DNA of 64,000 bases, from contig NC_058368.1 in the NCBI RefSeq assembly GCF_018350175.1, positions 123,878,001 to 123,942,000 on the forward strand, written 5' to 3'. Shown one piece after another: positions 61,225 through 64,000 of this stretch (positions within the stretch are counted from its first letter, which is position 1; the number at the start of each line of letters is the position of its first letter). The notes beneath the pieces were generated by a model. The model had not been told where the DNA came from. It did not search any database and saw only the letters and a list, made by a program, of their open reading frames with translations. Position numbers and translations under genes: made by a program. The DNA comes from Felis catus (taxonomy: Eukaryota).

Positions 61225-64000
61225 GTTTGTTTTTTAATTTTTTTATATGTAATTTATTGTCAAATTGGTTTCCATACAACAGTCAGTACTCATCCCAGCA
61301 GGTGCCCTCCTCAATGCCCATCAGCCACTTTCCCCTCTCCCCCACCCCCATCAACCCTCAGTTTGTTCTGTTTTTCAGAGTCTCTTATGGTTTGCCTTCT
61401 TCCCTCTCTGTAACTTTTTTTATCCCCCTTCCCTTCCCCCCTGGTCTTCTGTTGAGTTTTCTCAGGATCCACATATGAGTGAAAATATACGGTATCTGTC
61501 TTTCTCTTCCTGACTTATTTCACTTAGCATCATACTCTCCAGTTCCATCCATGTTGCTACAAAAGGCCATATTTCATTCCTTCTCATTGCCACGTAGTAT
61601 TCCATTGTATATATAAACCACAATTTATTTATCCATTCGTCAATTGATGCACATTTAGGCTTCCGTAATTTGGCTATTGTTGAGAGTGCTGCTATAAACA
61701 TTGGGGTAAAAGTGTCCCTATGCATCAGCACTCCTGTATCCCTTGGGTAAATTCCTAGCAGTGCTATTGCTGGGTCATAGGGTAGGTCTATTTTTAATTT
61801 TTTGAGGAACCTCCACACTGCTTTCCAGAGAGGCTGCACCAGTTTGCATTCCCACCAACAGTGCAAGAGGGTTCCCGTTTCTCCACATCCTCTCCAGCAT
61901 CTATAGTCTCCTGATTTGTTCATTTTGGCCACTCTGACTGGCGTGAGGTGATATCTGAGTGTGGTTTTGGTTTGTATTTCCCTGGATGAGGAGCGACGTT
62001 GAGCATCTTTTCATGTGCCTGTTGGCCATCTGGATGTCTTCTTGAGAGAAGTGTCTATTCATGTTTTCTGCCCATTTCTTCACTGGATTATTTGTTTTTC
62101 GGGTGTGGAGTTTGGTGAGCTCTTTATAGATTTTGGATACTAGCCCTTTGTCCGATATGTCATTTGCAAATATCTTTTCCCATTCCGTTGGTTGCCTTTT
62201 AGTTTTGTTGGTTGTTTCCTTTGCTGTGCAGAAGCTCTTTATCTTCATAAGGTCCCAGTAGTTCATTTTTGCTTTTAATTCTCTTGCCTTTGGGGATGTG
62301 TCAAGTAAGAGATTGCTAGGGCTGAGGTCAGAGAGGTTTTTTCCTGCTTTCTCCTCTAGGGTTTTGGTGGTTTCCTGTCTCACATTCAGGTCCTTTATCC
62401 ATTTTGAGTTTATTTTTGTTAATGGTATAAGAAAGTGGTCCAGGTTCATTCTTCTGCATGTTGCTGTCCAGTTCTCCCAGCACCATTTGTTAAAGAGACT
62501 GTCTTTTTTCCTGCTTTGTCAAAGGTTAGTTGGCCATACATTTGTGGGTCCAGTTATGGGGTCTGTATTCTATTCCATTGGTCTATGTGTCTGTTTTTGT
62601 GCCAATACCATGCTGTCTTGATGATTACAGCTTTGTAGTAGAGGCTAAAGTCTGGGATTGTGATACCTCGTGCTTTGGTCTTCTTCTTCAAAATTACTTT
62701 GGCTATTCGGGGTCTTTTGTGGTTCCATATGAATTTTAGGATTGCTTGTTCTATCTTTGAGATGGATGCTGGTGCTATTTTGATTGGGATTACATGAATG
62801 TGTAGATTGCTTTGGGTAGTATTGACATTTTAACAATATTTATTCTTCCAATCCATGAGCCCGGAATGTTTTTCCATTTCTTTGTACCTTCTTCAATCTC
62901 CTTCATAAGCTTTCTATAGTTTTCAGCATACAGATCTTTTACATCTTTCGTTAGGTTTATTCCTAGGTATTTTATGATTCTTGATGCAATTGTGAATGGG
63001 ATCAGTTTCTTTATTTGTCTTTCTGTTGCTTCATTGTTAGTGTATAAGAATGCAACTGATTTCTGTACATTGATTTTGTATCCTGCAACTTTGCTGAATT
63101 CATGTATCAGTTGTAGCAGACTTTTGGTGGAGTCTTTTGGATTTTCCATGTATAATATCATGTCATCTGCAAAAAGTGAAAGCTTGACTTCATCTTTGCC
63201 AATTTTGATGCCCTTGATTTCCTTTTGTTGTCTGATTGCTGATGCTAACACTTCCAACACTATGTTAAACAACAGCGGTGACAGTGGGCATCCCTTTTGT
63301 GTTCCTGATCTCAGGGGGGAAAGCTCTCAGTTTTCCCCCATTGAGGATGATATTAGCTGTGGGATTTTCATAAATGGCTTTTGTGATGTTTAAGTATGTT
63401 CCTTCTATCCCGACTTTCTTGAGGGTTTTTATTAAGAAAGGATGCTGAATTTTGTCAAATACTATTTCTGCATTGATTGACAGGATCCTATAGTTCTTAT
63501 CTTTTCTTTTATTAATGTGATGTATCACATTGATTTGTGAATATTGAACCAGCCCTGCAACCTAGGAATGAATCCCACTTGATCATGGTGAATAATTCTT
63601 TTTATATGCTCTTGAATGCGATTTGCTAGTATCTTGTTGAGTATTTTTGCATCCATATTCATTAGGGATATTGGCCTATGGTTCTCTTTTTTTTGCTGGG
63701 TCTCTGTCTGGTTTGGGAATCAAACTAATTCTGGTTTCATAGAATGAGTCTGGAAGTTTTCCTTCCCTTTCTATTTTTGGAACAGCTTGAGAAGGATAGG
63801 TATTATCTCTGCTTTAAATGTCTGGTAGAACTCCCCAGGGAAGCCATCTGGTCCTGGACTCTTATTTCTTGGGAGATTTTTGATAACTGATTCAATTTCT
63901 TCACTGGTTATGGGTCTGTTCAAGTTTTCAATTTCTTCCTGTTTGAGTTTTGTAAGTGTGTGTGTGTTTAGGAATTTATCCATTTCTTTCTGGTTGTCCA
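61225..64000 (-). mobile_element. Feline LINE-1 3' part (ORF2 RT to 3'UTR/polyA), continuing beyond the window, frameshifted
   Basis: Minus-strand ORFs 62790..63272 (LFADDMILY), 61901..62449 and 61462..61932; T-rich tail near 61225-61245. Confidence 0.95.

Noticed and set aside
52700..64000. Exons of a neighbouring gene (DDX4 is the upstream neighbour in human, from memory)
   Set aside because: No recognisable exon or second CpG island; the region is almost entirely repeats.
1..64000. CRISPR arrays, tRNA/rRNA genes or prokaryotic defence systems
   Set aside because: This is mammalian DNA; tRNA-like sequence is limited to SINE heads, and no regularly spaced repeat-spacer array is present.

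Overview
This is mammalian genomic DNA from a felid (cat family), judged from abundant cat-type CAN-SINEs (SINEC_Fc) and feline L1s. It holds the 5' two-thirds of SLC38A9, the lysosomal arginine sensor/transporter upstream of mTORC1, on the minus strand. Nine coding exons were reconstructed by hand with canonical GT-AG sites and consistent phases (1060 nt, codons 1-353 plus 1 nt); the gene continues beyond position 1. A CpG-rich promoter lies at about 51.6-52.6 kb. The rest is intronic or intergenic and repeat-rich: about 40 CAN-SINEs, a full-length dead L1 with two tandem 3' ends, a second L1 running off the right edge, LTRs, L2/MIR fragments and fossil hAT and Tc1/mariner transposons. Almost all ORFs in the supplied track are repeat-derived or spurious. 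I see no convincing new protein-coding system. The best leads are an apparently chimeric L1, an 88-bp target-site duplication, a candidate poison exon that could produce an N-terminally truncated SLC38A9, and inverted SINE pairs flanking exons. Repeat subfamily names and comparisons to human SLC38A9 come from memory, not from a database search.
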